From positions 1-63,036 of IMG/VR virus record IMGVR_UViG_3300037504_000923: a stretch of 63,036 bases of DNA, one strand, 5' to 3'. Source of the DNA: a virus. A program made the position numbers and the translations under genes. Below, piece after piece: positions 27,944-37,697 of this stretch (within the stretch, counting starts at the first letter, position 1; each line of letters begins with the position of its first letter). The notes below the pieces were generated by a model that saw only the letters and a program-made list of their open reading frames with translations, was not told where the DNA came from and made no database searches.

Positions 27944-28522
27944 TTATTCCTCTTCTAACATTTCAAGCATTTTATCCTGAAGTACATCGAATTCCATTTC
28001 TTTCAATTTGTCAAATGACTCATCTCCCAAGTCATCCACAAACTCAAAAAATTCTTCATTTTCCTTAATCAGTTCAATGAGGTCATCCATAGACTCTGCG
28101 TCATTTGTCTTTTCAACGAGTCCATGTTTATTCTCATCATCCTGTCCTTTGATAATTGTACTAACAACAACTCCACCAAGGTCGTTAACCATCTTCTCTG
28201 CCTGTTTCTTGGTGATCGCTTTCTCACTGACCTGCTTCTTATTGTTAGCATCCAATATGTTATAATAATTGGATTTGGGAGTCGTTCTCTCAAGGATGTA
28301 CTCCGGTTCACTACCTTTAGGTATCTGCTTTTCAGCAGTCTCACCCGGGACAGTGTCAATAGGAGTGATTTGATCTCTGAATGATTGAGGAATGTCCTCG
28401 GGACGTGAGTAAAACACCTGATTTGGTTTGATTATATTACCACGAGAGTCACGAAAAGTACCTCCTCCATTCTTCTTCCATCTGATTTCACCTTCATTCT
28501 TATCTTTCTGTCTTTTCATCAC
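27944..28522 (-). CDS. Hypothetical acidic protein
   Basis: 192-aa ORF downstream of the capsid gene terminator. Confidence 0.5.
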   Translation of the reverse strand: MMKRQKDKNEGEIRWKKNGGGTFRDSRGNIIKPNQVFYSRPEDIPQSFRDQITPIDTVPGETAEKQIPKGSEPEYILERTTPKSNYYNILDANNKKQVSEKAITKKQAEKMVNDLGGVVVSTIIKGQDDENKHGLVEKTNDAESMDDLIELIKENEEFFEFVDDLGDESFDKLKEMEFDVLQDKMLEMLEEE

Positions 28523-28537
28523 GTTTGATTTAAATTA

Positions 28538-28575
28538 GAAAAAAAGAAAAAAGTGTCACTATGGTTAAGTGACCC
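28538..28575 (-). terminator. Rho-independent terminator downstream of the major capsid gene
   Basis: Minus strand reads GGTCACT-taaccat-AGTGAC followed by ACTTTTTTCTTTTTTT. Confidence 0.55.
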
Positions 28576-28589
28576 CTTTCATCATATAT

Positions 28590-29705
28590 TTACGCCAAAT
28601 GAGCAATACCACATTTGTTGTTCTGATCAGAACGAATCTGAGGAACTTGAATGGTCATGACTTTGTAATCAGTAACCATATTACCCTGTGATTGCCATTC
28701 TACGTTAGTAAGACCCATACCACGTACCAAACGAACCACATCATTTGTCATCTGGACAAGTAACACGTTGTCATCAGGTAAGAAATCCACAACCTTCACA
28801 TCTGTGATGTTATTCAATTGAAGGATTCTTTCTCTGATAGTATTGTTTTTATAGACATTATAGTCTTTGTCCATCAGAGTTTCATAGTTGGTTGGTACAT
28901 ACAGTGTATAAGGTCCATAGTAATGAGCATTCAATAATGATTGCTTCATACTCTGCACATCATCGATAATCTGTTCACCTACTGACTGAGTAGAAGTCGC
29001 AGAAAGATCATCCCAGTTAGTTGACAGAGTTACCTGATTACGGTGTGGGTAATTCAAATAAGAATATATAGTTCCTCCACCGTAAGCTTTAGTAATGTCA
29101 GTGAATAACATCTTTTCCAAGTACTCTCTTACTTTACGGGCAGCCCTTTCTGCCAATGTGGTGTCAATAGGATTACCACTATTTCTACTCGCGTCCAATG
29201 CCCTCATATTGATTGTATAATCAACGTGAATAATAGGCAGAGGTAAGTAGTTGGTTTCATAGTTAGGACGATCATTATTGGCTCTGGAAATACCATCCAT
29301 GGTTAATTCAGCCTCCAGTGCATCACTGACATCATGCCATTCGAGTACTGTAGTTCCCATACCATTACCGAGATCATAAGTCAGTCCTTTACTGATCAGA
29401 TCATCCACTCCACCAAGTCTTTGTTCAACAATTTTCAAAACTACATCATCCAATTGCTTCCATTCGTCACGCCTCAGCGTGGCATTGGTTTGAATTGGAA
29501 CAACTCGATAATTTTTCAAATCATTTGGATCACTACCCGGTCCTCCTACATATACAGATACAACAGGACCAAGGTCTTTGTCGAGATATGGACGCATTAC
29601 ACCGGGATCCATCCGGTTATTCGCAAGAAGCCGTGAGTTAGCAAACTGACCATTCACCGCTCCCCCTTTTCCAATGAAATCCATATTTATATTCATATTA
29701 CTCAT
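28590..29705 (-). CDS. Major capsid protein (HK97 fold, encapsulin-like family)
   Basis: 371 aa. Position follows the decoration/scaffold genes, and RRDEWKQLDDVVLKIVEQRLGGVDDLISKGLTYDLGNGMGTTVLEWHDVSD is typical of this capsid/encapsulin family. Confidence 0.8.
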   Translation of the reverse strand: MSNMNINMDFIGKGGAVNGQFANSRLLANNRMDPGVMRPYLDKDLGPVVSVYVGGPGSDPNDLKNYRVVPIQTNATLRRDEWKQLDDVVLKIVEQRLGGVDDLISKGLTYDLGNGMGTTVLEWHDVSDALEAELTMDGISRANNDRPNYETNYLPLPIIHVDYTINMRALDASRNSGNPIDTTLAERAARKVREYLEKMLFTDITKAYGGGTIYSYLNYPHRNQVTLSTNWDDLSATSTQSVGEQIIDDVQSMKQSLLNAHYYGPYTLYVPTNYETLMDKDYNVYKNNTIRERILQLNNITDVKVVDFLPDDNVLLVQMTNDVVRLVRGMGLTNVEWQSQGNMVTDYKVMTIQVPQIRSDQNNKCGIAHLA

Positions 29706-29719
29706 CTTTTCCTCCTTTC

Positions 29720-30220
29720 TTATACAATTCTTACAATTAATCTTTGATTACCTTGCAGACCACTGGATTCAGCAGCAGAAGATGCTGAAAGATCGAGGTC
29801 TTCAAGTGCTTGGGCAACAATCTGGTTGGTGTAGAATGAATTTACATTCCCTGAAGAATCTGTTCCAATTGATTCTTTATCAGGTACATGTTTCTTCAAA
29901 TAACCATTACCATCGGATTCCAAGAAATCTCCTTTAGAAACATCCTCACCATCTGCCAAAATAGCATATACTTTATCCCCTCGTTGAGGGATCCAGACCT
30001 TCACAGGGTCTCCTGAATCATAATCATCATCAATTCCATTGCCTTGCTCCTCATCCTCGAAAGCAAACATCGGAATCATATTCTGTCCAGCGTTTGAATG
30101 CGCTTGTACCTTACCCGCGCTGGTAAGCTCAATAAGCATACCGGGAGTAATAGCAGCTGCCGCATCATATTCATCAAACACCTTCAGATTATCCAATATT
30201 CTTACACTATGATAAGCCAT
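29720..30220 (-). CDS. DUF2190-like head decoration protein
   Basis: PGMLIELTSAGKVQAH...GDPVKVWIPQRGDKVYAIL...KGDFLESDGNG follows the DUF2190 pattern, immediately upstream of the capsid gene. Confidence 0.55.
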   Translation of the reverse strand: MAYHSVRILDNLKVFDEYDAAAAITPGMLIELTSAGKVQAHSNAGQNMIPMFAFEDEEQGNGIDDDYDSGDPVKVWIPQRGDKVYAILADGEDVSKGDFLESDGNGYLKKHVPDKESIGTDSSGNVNSFYTNQIVAQALEDLDLSASSAAESSGLQGNQRLIVRIV

Positions 30221-30236
30221 TTTTTACCTCCTTCTT

Positions 30237-31958
30237 TTATTTATTTTGTTTTTCTTTGTTTACACCGAGTCCAGTTGGTAGAAGGACTTTCTCTTCCTTA
30301 TTCGCCTGAACTTCTTTTTCAAAATTAGGATTACCAAGTCCGCTGTAATCCATCTGATCATCCTTTGTGACTGACTTTGCAAATTTCTCCAACCTCTCGG
30401 TTGACATCGCATTCAATTCTTCCTCAGTCCATAGGTCTTTCTCAGTGTTGTTTTGAATCTGAGAAATAAGAACCTGTCTCTTTTCCTTATGCAGGCGTAA
30501 TCCATTTTCCATCTGATCCCTGTACTGATCTGGTACAAAGTTTAGGAAATCATCCGGGGACTTCATAGACTCCTTCATGATCTCCTTTATTTGATCAGCA
30601 TTAATCTGAGGATCAGTAGTCTTCTTAGATTCCTGTTTTTTAACAGGTTCCTCAGAGGGCATCAAATCATCGATGATTCTTTCCTCCAATCCTAAGAGAT
30701 ACTCCCGATCCTCTTTTGTGTACTTAGTGCTTTTGTGAGCGATAAGTTTATCAACTTTTTCTTCACAGCACCCTTCCTTTTTGTTATTTGCCATTTTTGA
30801 ATCCTCCTTCTTTTTGTTGTTATGTCTTGTACGCGTCATTCTATTGTTTTGAAGGGGCACGTACTCAACCTTCTGCATTACTTGCTGAGCTTGTCCAACA
30901 AACTCAACCGTTCCGTCCTCTTCGTTTGCTTCGTATTCCTGTTTATAGAAACGATTACCTCCTGTGGCACGTGATCTCATTTCATATATCAGATGATCAT
31001 CATACACCGCCCGTAGGTAATGTATCCGGTCCTCATTATCCCAACCATCCAATTTTGCAGAAAGATCGTGTACTAACTCCTGATAATCTGTTCCTTGGTT
31101 TACTAATACAGGAATAACAAAGTCACCTTTCTTAGAACTATGGTTGACAAAATTCTTTTTCTGTGAACCATCATCTTTCTTTGTGTTTGGCACTTCATTA
31201 CCTCCTTTCTTATTAATACCAATGCCACATCCATCATCCAAAGAACAGGCACCTCTTTCGCCGGGCAAGAGAGCAAGGTGATCTGGTCTGTGATTTCTGG
31301 ACACAGCTATATAGTGTTCCCCATTCCAATCTCCCTCCTGTTGTTCGTCTTCAGTAAATACTCCAATCGAAACATCAAAAGGTTGATTGTTCCTTATGTG
31401 ATTAAGGGCTTGGGGAGAGCGTGCAATAAGTCTTTGTTCATCCAACCACGCCTCTGCTTTGAGTTTTCCGTCTTCCACGCGGGCGTTATATACCGTACCT
31501 ACACTGAATTCCTCTTCCACACCATCCGAAAAAACAGAAACATATTGTCCATTTCTTTCAGGATGTGGTACGGTGACGGGTATCCCTTCCCAACTAGATG
31601 GATCATTTCCGAATTCTTCAGCTTCATGTAAAAGAGGTCCAGCACTGCCTGCGTGAACTCCTTCCACCATCATTACAACCGGCATAACGATGTAATTTTT
31701 CCCATCCAATGTCTCAGTCCTCATCTGATAACCGGATTGGTTGTAATTGACTTGTATCAATGATTGTGGTTCCATATTATTGTTATTTGTTGTTCCTACC
31801 CTTGAATTCGCCGTTCTCATAGCCCGGGCTTCACAACCCGTTTCATTGCTTTGTTGACATTGACGCAGAACACCATTCGCTATACTCACCCATCTGCGTT
31901 TCTGCGCCTGAGTAAGTCCTGATTTGAATCTGTCAACGTCTCCTGTTGTCCACGGCAT
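30237..31958 (-). CDS. DUF2213-like prohead scaffold/protease protein
   Basis: YIVMPVVMMVEGVHAGSAGPLLHEAEEFG...WEGIPVTVPHP is DUF2213-like. It has a long charged C-terminal half and lies between the MuF-like and capsid genes. Confidence 0.5.
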   Translation of the reverse strand: MPWTTGDVDRFKSGLTQAQKRRWVSIANGVLRQCQQSNETGCEARAMRTANSRVGTTNNNNMEPQSLIQVNYNQSGYQMRTETLDGKNYIVMPVVMMVEGVHAGSAGPLLHEAEEFGNDPSSWEGIPVTVPHPERNGQYVSVFSDGVEEEFSVGTVYNARVEDGKLKAEAWLDEQRLIARSPQALNHIRNNQPFDVSIGVFTEDEQQEGDWNGEHYIAVSRNHRPDHLALLPGERGACSLDDGCGIGINKKGGNEVPNTKKDDGSQKKNFVNHSSKKGDFVIPVLVNQGTDYQELVHDLSAKLDGWDNEDRIHYLRAVYDDHLIYEMRSRATGGNRFYKQEYEANEEDGTVEFVGQAQQVMQKVEYVPLQNNRMTRTRHNNKKKEDSKMANNKKEGCCEEKVDKLIAHKSTKYTKEDREYLLGLEERIIDDLMPSEEPVKKQESKKTTDPQINADQIKEIMKESMKSPDDFLNFVPDQYRDQMENGLRLHKEKRQVLISQIQNNTEKDLWTEEELNAMSTERLEKFAKSVTKDDQMDYSGLGNPNFEKEVQANKEEKVLLPTGLGVNKEKQNK

Positions 31959-31972
31959 TTTATTGTTCCTCC

Positions 31973-33028
31973 TTATACATTTTCTAATATTGGTAATTGT
32001 CCTTTTTTCACTGCTTCAAGCTCATTCCACCGACGAGGTTTATCTGTACCCGGTCTAAACGGAAGAGCAATACATCTACATTGAGGATGAAGAGGTATCA
32101 TTCCCTCAATCTTATCCAATGTAAATACCGATCCTTGTAACGATGCACACTGATTACAAACTCTATTATCACCAGCTGTCATCCATTCGGCTTTTACCTT
32201 AACTCCTTCTACTCCCCAATTCCTATATTCTTGTATCGTGGCAAGATGATGAGCCCGTATGATTTCAGTACGTGCCAATATCGTTGCTCTTCTCTCTGCC
32301 GGGATAAATCGTCCTAAAGTATCCGTGATACCAAGCTCTCCAATCCTATTACCACTTATGACTGCATTGAGCTTTCTTGCCAACGTCGATCCTCTGTCTC
32401 CCTCTGCAATACCTTGAGCCAATACCCTACTAATTTGTTGATCCATTGCATCCGTTATCCCCTTCAATTCATTAAACGTCCGGGTGTATAACAGACCAAG
32501 TCTATCGACGTGGAATGGAGTGTTCATTGAGGCTGATATACCACCACTTTGTTCGATAGAGGGAACTTCAAACCCTGCTTTTCCTAACTCATACCGCGCC
32601 CGGATCACTCCCCTTTTATAGGCGTCTCTGACATATAGATTTGTCCAAGCTCCTTCTCCTGCTTGTCCTATTTGATTGAATTCTACAATCTCCAGTAACT
32701 CTCTATCCACCTGTCTTCTCAACCACGTCATAAACCCCTGTACTTTGTCAGCAGAACGAGGAAAATCAAAAGCCCTCGGTCCCGGAGTGGTCACAGCAAG
32801 TGTCTGTGGGTTGGAAGTCAATCCAAACACATCCTCCTCTACAATTGCCTTCCTTATTGCTCCTCGTATATTCTGAAACCGCTTCCTTACTTTCCGGGCG
32901 AATTCATTACGTAAGGTTGTGGTGCGAGTAGGATCATACCCCTCAGCCTGATAAGTAGTGATCCCACCACCACAACCGCAGTCATGAGAGTGAGTGTGAA
33001 TAGGCTTTATGTTACTGATTGTCTCCAT
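31973..33028 (-). CDS. Head morphogenesis protein (SPP1 gp7 / Mu F family)
   Basis: RTEIIRAHHLATIQEY...MTAGDNRVCNQCASLQGSVF...PLHPQCRC is the family signature. Confidence 0.85.
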   Translation of the reverse strand: METISNIKPIHTHSHDCGCGGGITTYQAEGYDPTRTTTLRNEFARKVRKRFQNIRGAIRKAIVEEDVFGLTSNPQTLAVTTPGPRAFDFPRSADKVQGFMTWLRRQVDRELLEIVEFNQIGQAGEGAWTNLYVRDAYKRGVIRARYELGKAGFEVPSIEQSGGISASMNTPFHVDRLGLLYTRTFNELKGITDAMDQQISRVLAQGIAEGDRGSTLARKLNAVISGNRIGELGITDTLGRFIPAERRATILARTEIIRAHHLATIQEYRNWGVEGVKVKAEWMTAGDNRVCNQCASLQGSVFTLDKIEGMIPLHPQCRCIALPFRPGTDKPRRWNELEAVKKGQLPILENV

Positions 33029-33266
33029 TTAAATAGTATGTGCGTTTATTTTGTTGTTTCTTACTACTTAGTTTCTCACTTAATAAAAATCGCTTGAAAA
33101 ACCTGATCAATGGATGTATTTGTTCTTTCTCTGCATACTCCCATGTCTCTATCGTTATTGGCTCTCCAACCTCCATTGTTATTTGTACCTTCGCTACTCT
33201 GTTTGGATTAATACCAAGTATCTCCAAAAGTTCCCTACCTGTATCACTATTTGATAATATTGCCAT
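33012..33266 (-). CDS. Hypothetical protein
   Basis: 84-aa ORF between the portal and MuF-like genes. Confidence 0.45.
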   Translation of the reverse strand: MAILSNSDTGRELLEILGINPNRVAKVQITMEVGEPITIETWEYAEKEQIHPLIRFFKRFLLSEKLSSKKQQNKRTYYLNGDNQ

Positions 33267-33268
33267 CT

Positions 33269-34699
33269 TTATTCCTCCTCCATATTTTGATTACTACCAT
33301 CATCCATATCATCATCCGCTCCTCTCATCTCCTCTTCTTCCTCCGTTATCATCGAACCTCTCAATTCATTAACATACTCAATCTGTTCATCCGTGAACTT
33401 CAATACATACTTCATAAATGCCTCAGTCGGGAAAATCATTTCAAGACCCGGAGCCGTACCATACGACTTCAATGCACTGGAGAGGTTACTAGCAATCTCA
33501 GCCTGTTCCTTCTCACCTGTCTTGAATAAGGACATCCATTCCACGGAGTATTCTCCTTCTTGTTTCGGAGGTCTGAGAATACCCATCTGAATGAACCTTT
33601 CCACAACGGGACGAATGATTTGTGGTTCTGCAAACTCTTCCCTCCTTGTCTGTATTTCTTCAAACCAGTTGTTCCTATCCTGAGAAGATGCCAATTCACC
33701 ACGTTCACTACCAAGTAAGATACGAAGCGGGATGCCTCTCTCCGCTGCTATCATTTGTAGTTGTACTTCCACGTGTGATTTGGGGTCACTGACTTGTGGT
33801 TTCAATTCTTTCAATTCCAATCCTTCCAACGTTATGAATCGACGGAGGTTGTGTTCGTATTCATCAAGTTGTTGACGTAATTGATCCTCCGTCTGTGTGG
33901 TGGATTGATATCCTTCTTTCAGTTCATTGGAGTAACCCGGCCTTGCTCCTCTCCAAAACATTTCGGCACTGCCTCCTACTAACTTCTCCAAATCCTTCAA
34001 CCTGTTAAATACTGCTTGTAAGGCCGGGACTCCTTCAACCTCTGATTCCAACAATTCACCTGTTATATGTATTATTCTGCTATGATGTACTCTTAATATG
34101 GTAGATGTTTTTTGACCGGGGTTATATATCGTGACGTTATAATATACAGGCAGTCCGAAACGTGGATTATTAGACCGGGATTCCCATGACTGAATCTCTG
34201 CATGTTTCTCACCAAGCGGTTTAATGTAATTTAATTTTACTGAGGTTTGCACGGGCTTCATATAATCATCCCGGTTCTTAACGTCAGAAAGACCGAGTAA
34301 TAATACTCCATACTTACCAAGTTGGGTAAGTTTATCAACTCTAATGAATTTGGATTTCAATCGATGTTTCCTATCTAGTTCCTTCCAATCTGCTTCCAAT
34401 AGAGTTTCATTCTCATCATTTGATTCCAATAACGTGATATCTCCTCTCCATGTTGCTTTCACCGGTCTGTTTATGATAGCCTTTGCTATCGCCTGTCTTA
34501 GATACTGAGTAGCATAATCCTCATACTCCAATTCCGTTTTATATCCCAGTGCTTCATATAAATTTCTATCCGTGCCGTATGAACGACCGAGAAGAGATGC
34601 TAACCTCGCTCTGCCTACCAGTTCATGCATTGCCTGTAATTTTTGTCGCAATGCCTGTACCGTTTCCGTTTGTTGTGTATGATGTTTAGTTCTTTTCAT
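33269..34699 (-). CDS. Portal protein (DUF1073-like)
   Basis: About 476 aa, immediately downstream of terL with an acidic C-terminus. The start is taken at Met21 of the listed ORF, one nt after the terL stop. Confidence 0.75.
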   Translation of the reverse strand: MKRTKHHTQQTETVQALRQKLQAMHELVGRARLASLLGRSYGTDRNLYEALGYKTELEYEDYATQYLRQAIAKAIINRPVKATWRGDITLLESNDENETLLEADWKELDRKHRLKSKFIRVDKLTQLGKYGVLLLGLSDVKNRDDYMKPVQTSVKLNYIKPLGEKHAEIQSWESRSNNPRFGLPVYYNVTIYNPGQKTSTILRVHHSRIIHITGELLESEVEGVPALQAVFNRLKDLEKLVGGSAEMFWRGARPGYSNELKEGYQSTTQTEDQLRQQLDEYEHNLRRFITLEGLELKELKPQVSDPKSHVEVQLQMIAAERGIPLRILLGSERGELASSQDRNNWFEEIQTRREEFAEPQIIRPVVERFIQMGILRPPKQEGEYSVEWMSLFKTGEKEQAEIASNLSSALKSYGTAPGLEMIFPTEAFMKYVLKFTDEQIEYVNELRGSMITEEEEEMRGADDDMDDGSNQNMEEE

Positions 34700-34700
34700 A

Positions 34701-36236
34701 TTATATAACCCTCGCCGTTTTCTTTGATGTAAGCATAGCAAACGCTCCTGAAGCAGCATCCACTTGGTCTTTAGTCATCCCCCGTGGGAAGTTTCTTAGT
34801 TCATTGATGAAAGCAGTGTTCCAGTCCGCTCTCATTATATACACATTTCCTTTATTAACTTGCACTGAAAATTTATCCGCTCTGAATACCTTGTCTCCAA
34901 CTGGACGATCAGTGGTGACGTGAAATCCTGCGAGGTTTTTAACCGTCCCCTCTGCTGATTCCTTCCCACCTGATCCCGGTTCCTGTTCTACTCCTACAAA
35001 TGTATTTTCCGTGTCTGCAAATGCCGTCTCTCTGATAACGTCTTCTCTTTCATCCGACCCCCATTGTCCTCTCTTTACGTCCTCTATTATATAAATGCCT
35101 GTTTTTAATTTGTGCATCTTTATCCCTGCCGTACGTGCTCCTTTTCCTTTTGCTTTCTCCTTCGATGTGCCCGCTTTATCCCAATACCTAACAGTATGTT
35201 CTATATTGACAGAAGCAGGCATTTGATTAATAACTTGCAGATGATCAACTTTAAACATTCCTCCTTCGGGTGGGATGGCATTCTGTCCGACTTGATTTGC
35301 ATATCCATACGTACCGAGGTCATCTAACATCTCATCCAATACTTTCAGGTTCAATCTGACCGGATCTAATAACCCATCCTTATAATATTTCAACAATTCT
35401 TTTGGTTTAACCAGTTCCCTGTATCCCTCGGTAAGTATCTCACCCGGTAAACAAATATGACGTATATTCTTTTTCTTTTTGGATAGTAAATGCCCGGTTG
35501 GATCATCTTCATGTAAACGCTGCATGATTCCAATCGTGACCGTTATCTCCTTATCTGTTTTCCTTGTTGATAGAGTATGATCAACCCATTTGTTTGCATT
35601 CTCCAATTCCGTTTCGGAGGCAGCTTGTTTTGGATTTAATGGATCATCCCACAATATGATATGTGCATGAAAGCCTGTTCCTTTTCCTTTTACCGATGTA
35701 GATATTCTGCCACCACCTGTTCTGACCCTCGGTAATTGCCCGGTATAAACCTGTTCCTTCTTAACGATTCTAAAATTGGACTTCACATCCTTATCCTGTT
35801 TGATGTCTATCTCCGGGAAGAGTTGTTGGAACTTTTCCGATCTTATTAAGTCTCTACTATACTCTGCTGACTCCAATGACAGATCCCCTCCGTAACTACC
35901 TGTTATGAACCTCATCCAATACCAGTTAACCCAGCACCAGACGGGGAAGAAGATCATCACGGTAGAAGTTTTCGAGGTACCGGGAGGGACGTTTATGATC
36001 AGATCGTTTTCTTTAGGTTTTTTCTTTGCTACTCTCTGAGCAATCTTTTCAAGTTCATTACATATATATTCAATATGCCAATTATCTTTGTACTCATCCT
36101 CCGAGTACTCGGACCAAAAGTATTTGATAAACTCATGTAGTGATTCCTTTACACGCATACGTTTATATGCCACTGGATTTTCCAATACCATATTAATAAG
36201 TTTTTTGCGTTGTTTTTCAATTACTTTTTCCATCAC
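34701..36236 (-). CDS. terL: Terminase large subunit
   Basis: Walker A-like VPPGTSKTS, Walker B HIILWDDP, and a C-terminal RNase H-like nuclease region (VGVEQEPGSGGKE, DQVDA). Confidence 0.9.
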   Translation of the reverse strand: MMEKVIEKQRKKLINMVLENPVAYKRMRVKESLHEFIKYFWSEYSEDEYKDNWHIEYICNELEKIAQRVAKKKPKENDLIINVPPGTSKTSTVMIFFPVWCWVNWYWMRFITGSYGGDLSLESAEYSRDLIRSEKFQQLFPEIDIKQDKDVKSNFRIVKKEQVYTGQLPRVRTGGGRISTSVKGKGTGFHAHIILWDDPLNPKQAASETELENANKWVDHTLSTRKTDKEITVTIGIMQRLHEDDPTGHLLSKKKKNIRHICLPGEILTEGYRELVKPKELLKYYKDGLLDPVRLNLKVLDEMLDDLGTYGYANQVGQNAIPPEGGMFKVDHLQVINQMPASVNIEHTVRYWDKAGTSKEKAKGKGARTAGIKMHKLKTGIYIIEDVKRGQWGSDEREDVIRETAFADTENTFVGVEQEPGSGGKESAEGTVKNLAGFHVTTDRPVGDKVFRADKFSVQVNKGNVYIMRADWNTAFINELRNFPRGMTKDQVDAASGAFAMLTSKKTARVI

Positions 36237-36849
36237 CCAGCATAAGTTGTTTATTCGTTATACTATCCAACCACTTTTTATCCTCCTCTGACAGGACATG
36301 GTCAGGTAATTCCTCAATCTTTTTAAATTGGTGTTCTATTGCCCCGGAGTGTTCGTGTTTGTATTTTGTCACATCCGCCCATACGTCTTTGAAGTTTATG
36401 CTCAGCCATTTATACGCTGCATTGGCGTCCTTTGGGAAGTATTTCATGTAGGGTTCCTTTTCAAGTTGATCGTATTCAATCTCCCTGATTACATTTCCCT
36501 CGGTGTCAAATTCAGTTTCCTTTACTTTCTTCTTATAAAAGTATAAGGCAGGTACGTAATATCCATTGGCTTTTTCGAATAATGAGTTTCCTACTTTGTT
36601 GATTGCTTCGATTTTTCCAAGATCACGTGCACGTCGAAATTCTCTATAATTTTTCAGCCAATAATCTACGGTAGATTTTCCTACATCAAAATAAACGGCG
36701 AGTTCTTGTATCCTTGCTCCTGCTCTCGTTAATGAACGTACGTCTTCGAGTTGTTGCTCGGTGAATTCACGTTTAGGACCGCGTTTATTCCGCCCACTTT
36801 TCCTGTTTTTTATTTTTCCGTTATACCGTGTACGTTTCATTTCGACCAA
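36217..36849 (-). CDS. terS: Terminase small subunit
   Basis: HTH RIQELAVYFDVGKSTVDYWLKNY, directly upstream of and overlapping terL. Confidence 0.65.
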   Translation of the reverse strand: MVEMKRTRYNGKIKNRKSGRNKRGPKREFTEQQLEDVRSLTRAGARIQELAVYFDVGKSTVDYWLKNYREFRRARDLGKIEAINKVGNSLFEKANGYYVPALYFYKKKVKETEFDTEGNVIREIEYDQLEKEPYMKYFPKDANAAYKWLSINFKDVWADVTKYKHEHSGAIEHQFKKIEELPDHVLSEEDKKWLDSITNKQLMLGDGKSN

Positions 36850-36949
36850 AAATTTTTGTAAATATAAGAAGGAAAAAAGGACAGAACTAAATAAATTTGT
36901 TTAAAATCATTCTAAATAAGGAAATTTTTTAAAAAAAGTTTAAAAAAAG

Positions 36950-36980
36950 TTTGTTTGTTTAAAAATTTGCCGTATCTTTA
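36950..36980 (+). promoter_or_regulatory. Bacteroidota-type early promoter candidate (TTTG-N19-TATCTTTA)
   Basis: TTTG at 36950-36953, a 19-nt spacer, then TATCTTTA at 36973-36980. This compares with the TTTG/TAnnTTTG consensus. It lies in the divergent intergenic region. Confidence 0.45.
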
Positions 36981-36989
36981 TATTAACAA

Positions 36990-37219
36990 ATTAAAACAAA
37001 CGGATCTTTGAAATTTTGAGCCTTGAGAATCTGAAAGCCGCGGTCACAACGTGTTAGGGAGTAGGATAAGGAGGCAAACAAGAGAGCATGACAGTCTTAG
37101 AAAAACGGAGTTCCCTGATGGCTCATAAGAGCCCCGGATGAGTTGATTTGTTGCGGTGTTGTAAATGGAAGGGTAAAACATCATAATGACCGTTGAATAA
37201 ATAAGAGTCAGTTTTCAAA
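36990..37219 (+). ncRNA. Candidate structured 5' leader RNA released by HH-1 cleavage
   Basis: About 230 nt with no long ORF, visibly more G+C-rich than its flanks. Hand-found complementarities: 37040-37046/37187-37193, 37051-37060/37112-37120, and hairpin 37120-37133. Confidence 0.3.
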
Positions 37220-37278
37220 GACAAACTGAAGAGACTTTAATAGTCGAAACGCTATCACTTGTTGATAGCGTCTTTGTC
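37220..37278 (+). ncRNA. Hammerhead ribozyme HH-1 (type I)
   Basis: GACAAA|CUGAAGA|GACU-uuaau-AGUC|GAAA|CGCUAUCA-cuugu-UGAUAGCG|UC^|UUUGUC. Predicted cleavage after C37272. Confidence 0.85.
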
Positions 37279-37298
37279 AAACCAAAAATTTATTTATT

Positions 37299-37613
37299 AT
37301 GGAAACTACAGATTATTTAAAACTTAGAAAAATTGGGTATTCAAAAGAATATTTAAATCAAATGAATAACCCAGAATTTACTCATGTTCGATTTACTTTT
37401 GAAGAGCTTGTATTTCTTGAATCATTAGTTGGGAAAAAAATAAAAACATCAACTGGTAATCACACAATTGTAAATATTGATCCTTCAATCGTTGGATGTG
37501 CTATGTATTATAATCATCCAAATGGCTTGAAAGGAGTCATTCATATTGAAAAACAAAATGGTATATTGGTTGCTGGTCGTTCAAAAACCCCACTAAAAAA
37601 TATAATATTTTAA
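37299..37613 (+). CDS. Hypothetical early protein
   Basis: ORF starting 26 nt after the HH-1 cleavage site. Starts METTD, as does the next gene. Confidence 0.6.
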   Translation: METTDYLKLRKIGYSKEYLNQMNNPEFTHVRFTFEELVFLESLVGKKIKTSTGNHTIVNIDPSIVGCAMYYNHPNGLKGVIHIEKQNGILVAGRSKTPLKNIIF

Positions 37614-37620
37614 CCAATAA

Positions 37621-37677
37621 GACTAACTGATGAGACCTAAATGGTCGAAACCGGGATTTTATTTCCCGGTCTTAGTC
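37621..37677 (+). ncRNA. Hammerhead ribozyme HH-2 (type I)
   Basis: GACUAA|CUGAUGA|GACC-uaaau-GGUC|GAAA|CCGGGA-uuuuauu-UCCCGG|UC^|UUAGUC. Predicted cleavage after C37671. Confidence 0.85.
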
Positions 37678-37697
37678 AAACCAAAAATTTATTTATT

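Noticed and set aside
36850-36949. A late (minus-strand) promoter for terS in the divergent spacer. The minus strand reads TATATTTA about 10 nt from the terS ATG, and there is a duplicated aaaaaaagttt.
   Set aside because: There is no TTTG at the expected -33 distance, and the motif is too close to the start codon to call with confidence. It is left unannotated.
37112-37142. CUGAUGG…GGCUC-AUAA-GAGCC…GGAUGAG in the leader, as a fifth hammerhead.
   Set aside because: The core deviates (CUGAUGG, not CUGAnGA). No GAAA follows the hairpin, and no stem III or cleavage triplet can be drawn. It is kept only as part of the uncharacterised leader.
37641-37697. The N-terminal extension of the listed ORF 37641-38564 (MVETGILFPGLSQTKNLFI).
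   Set aside because: It is translated from an alternative start inside HH2 and its post-cleavage leader. The ATG at 37698 reproduces the leader and METTD start of the preceding gene.
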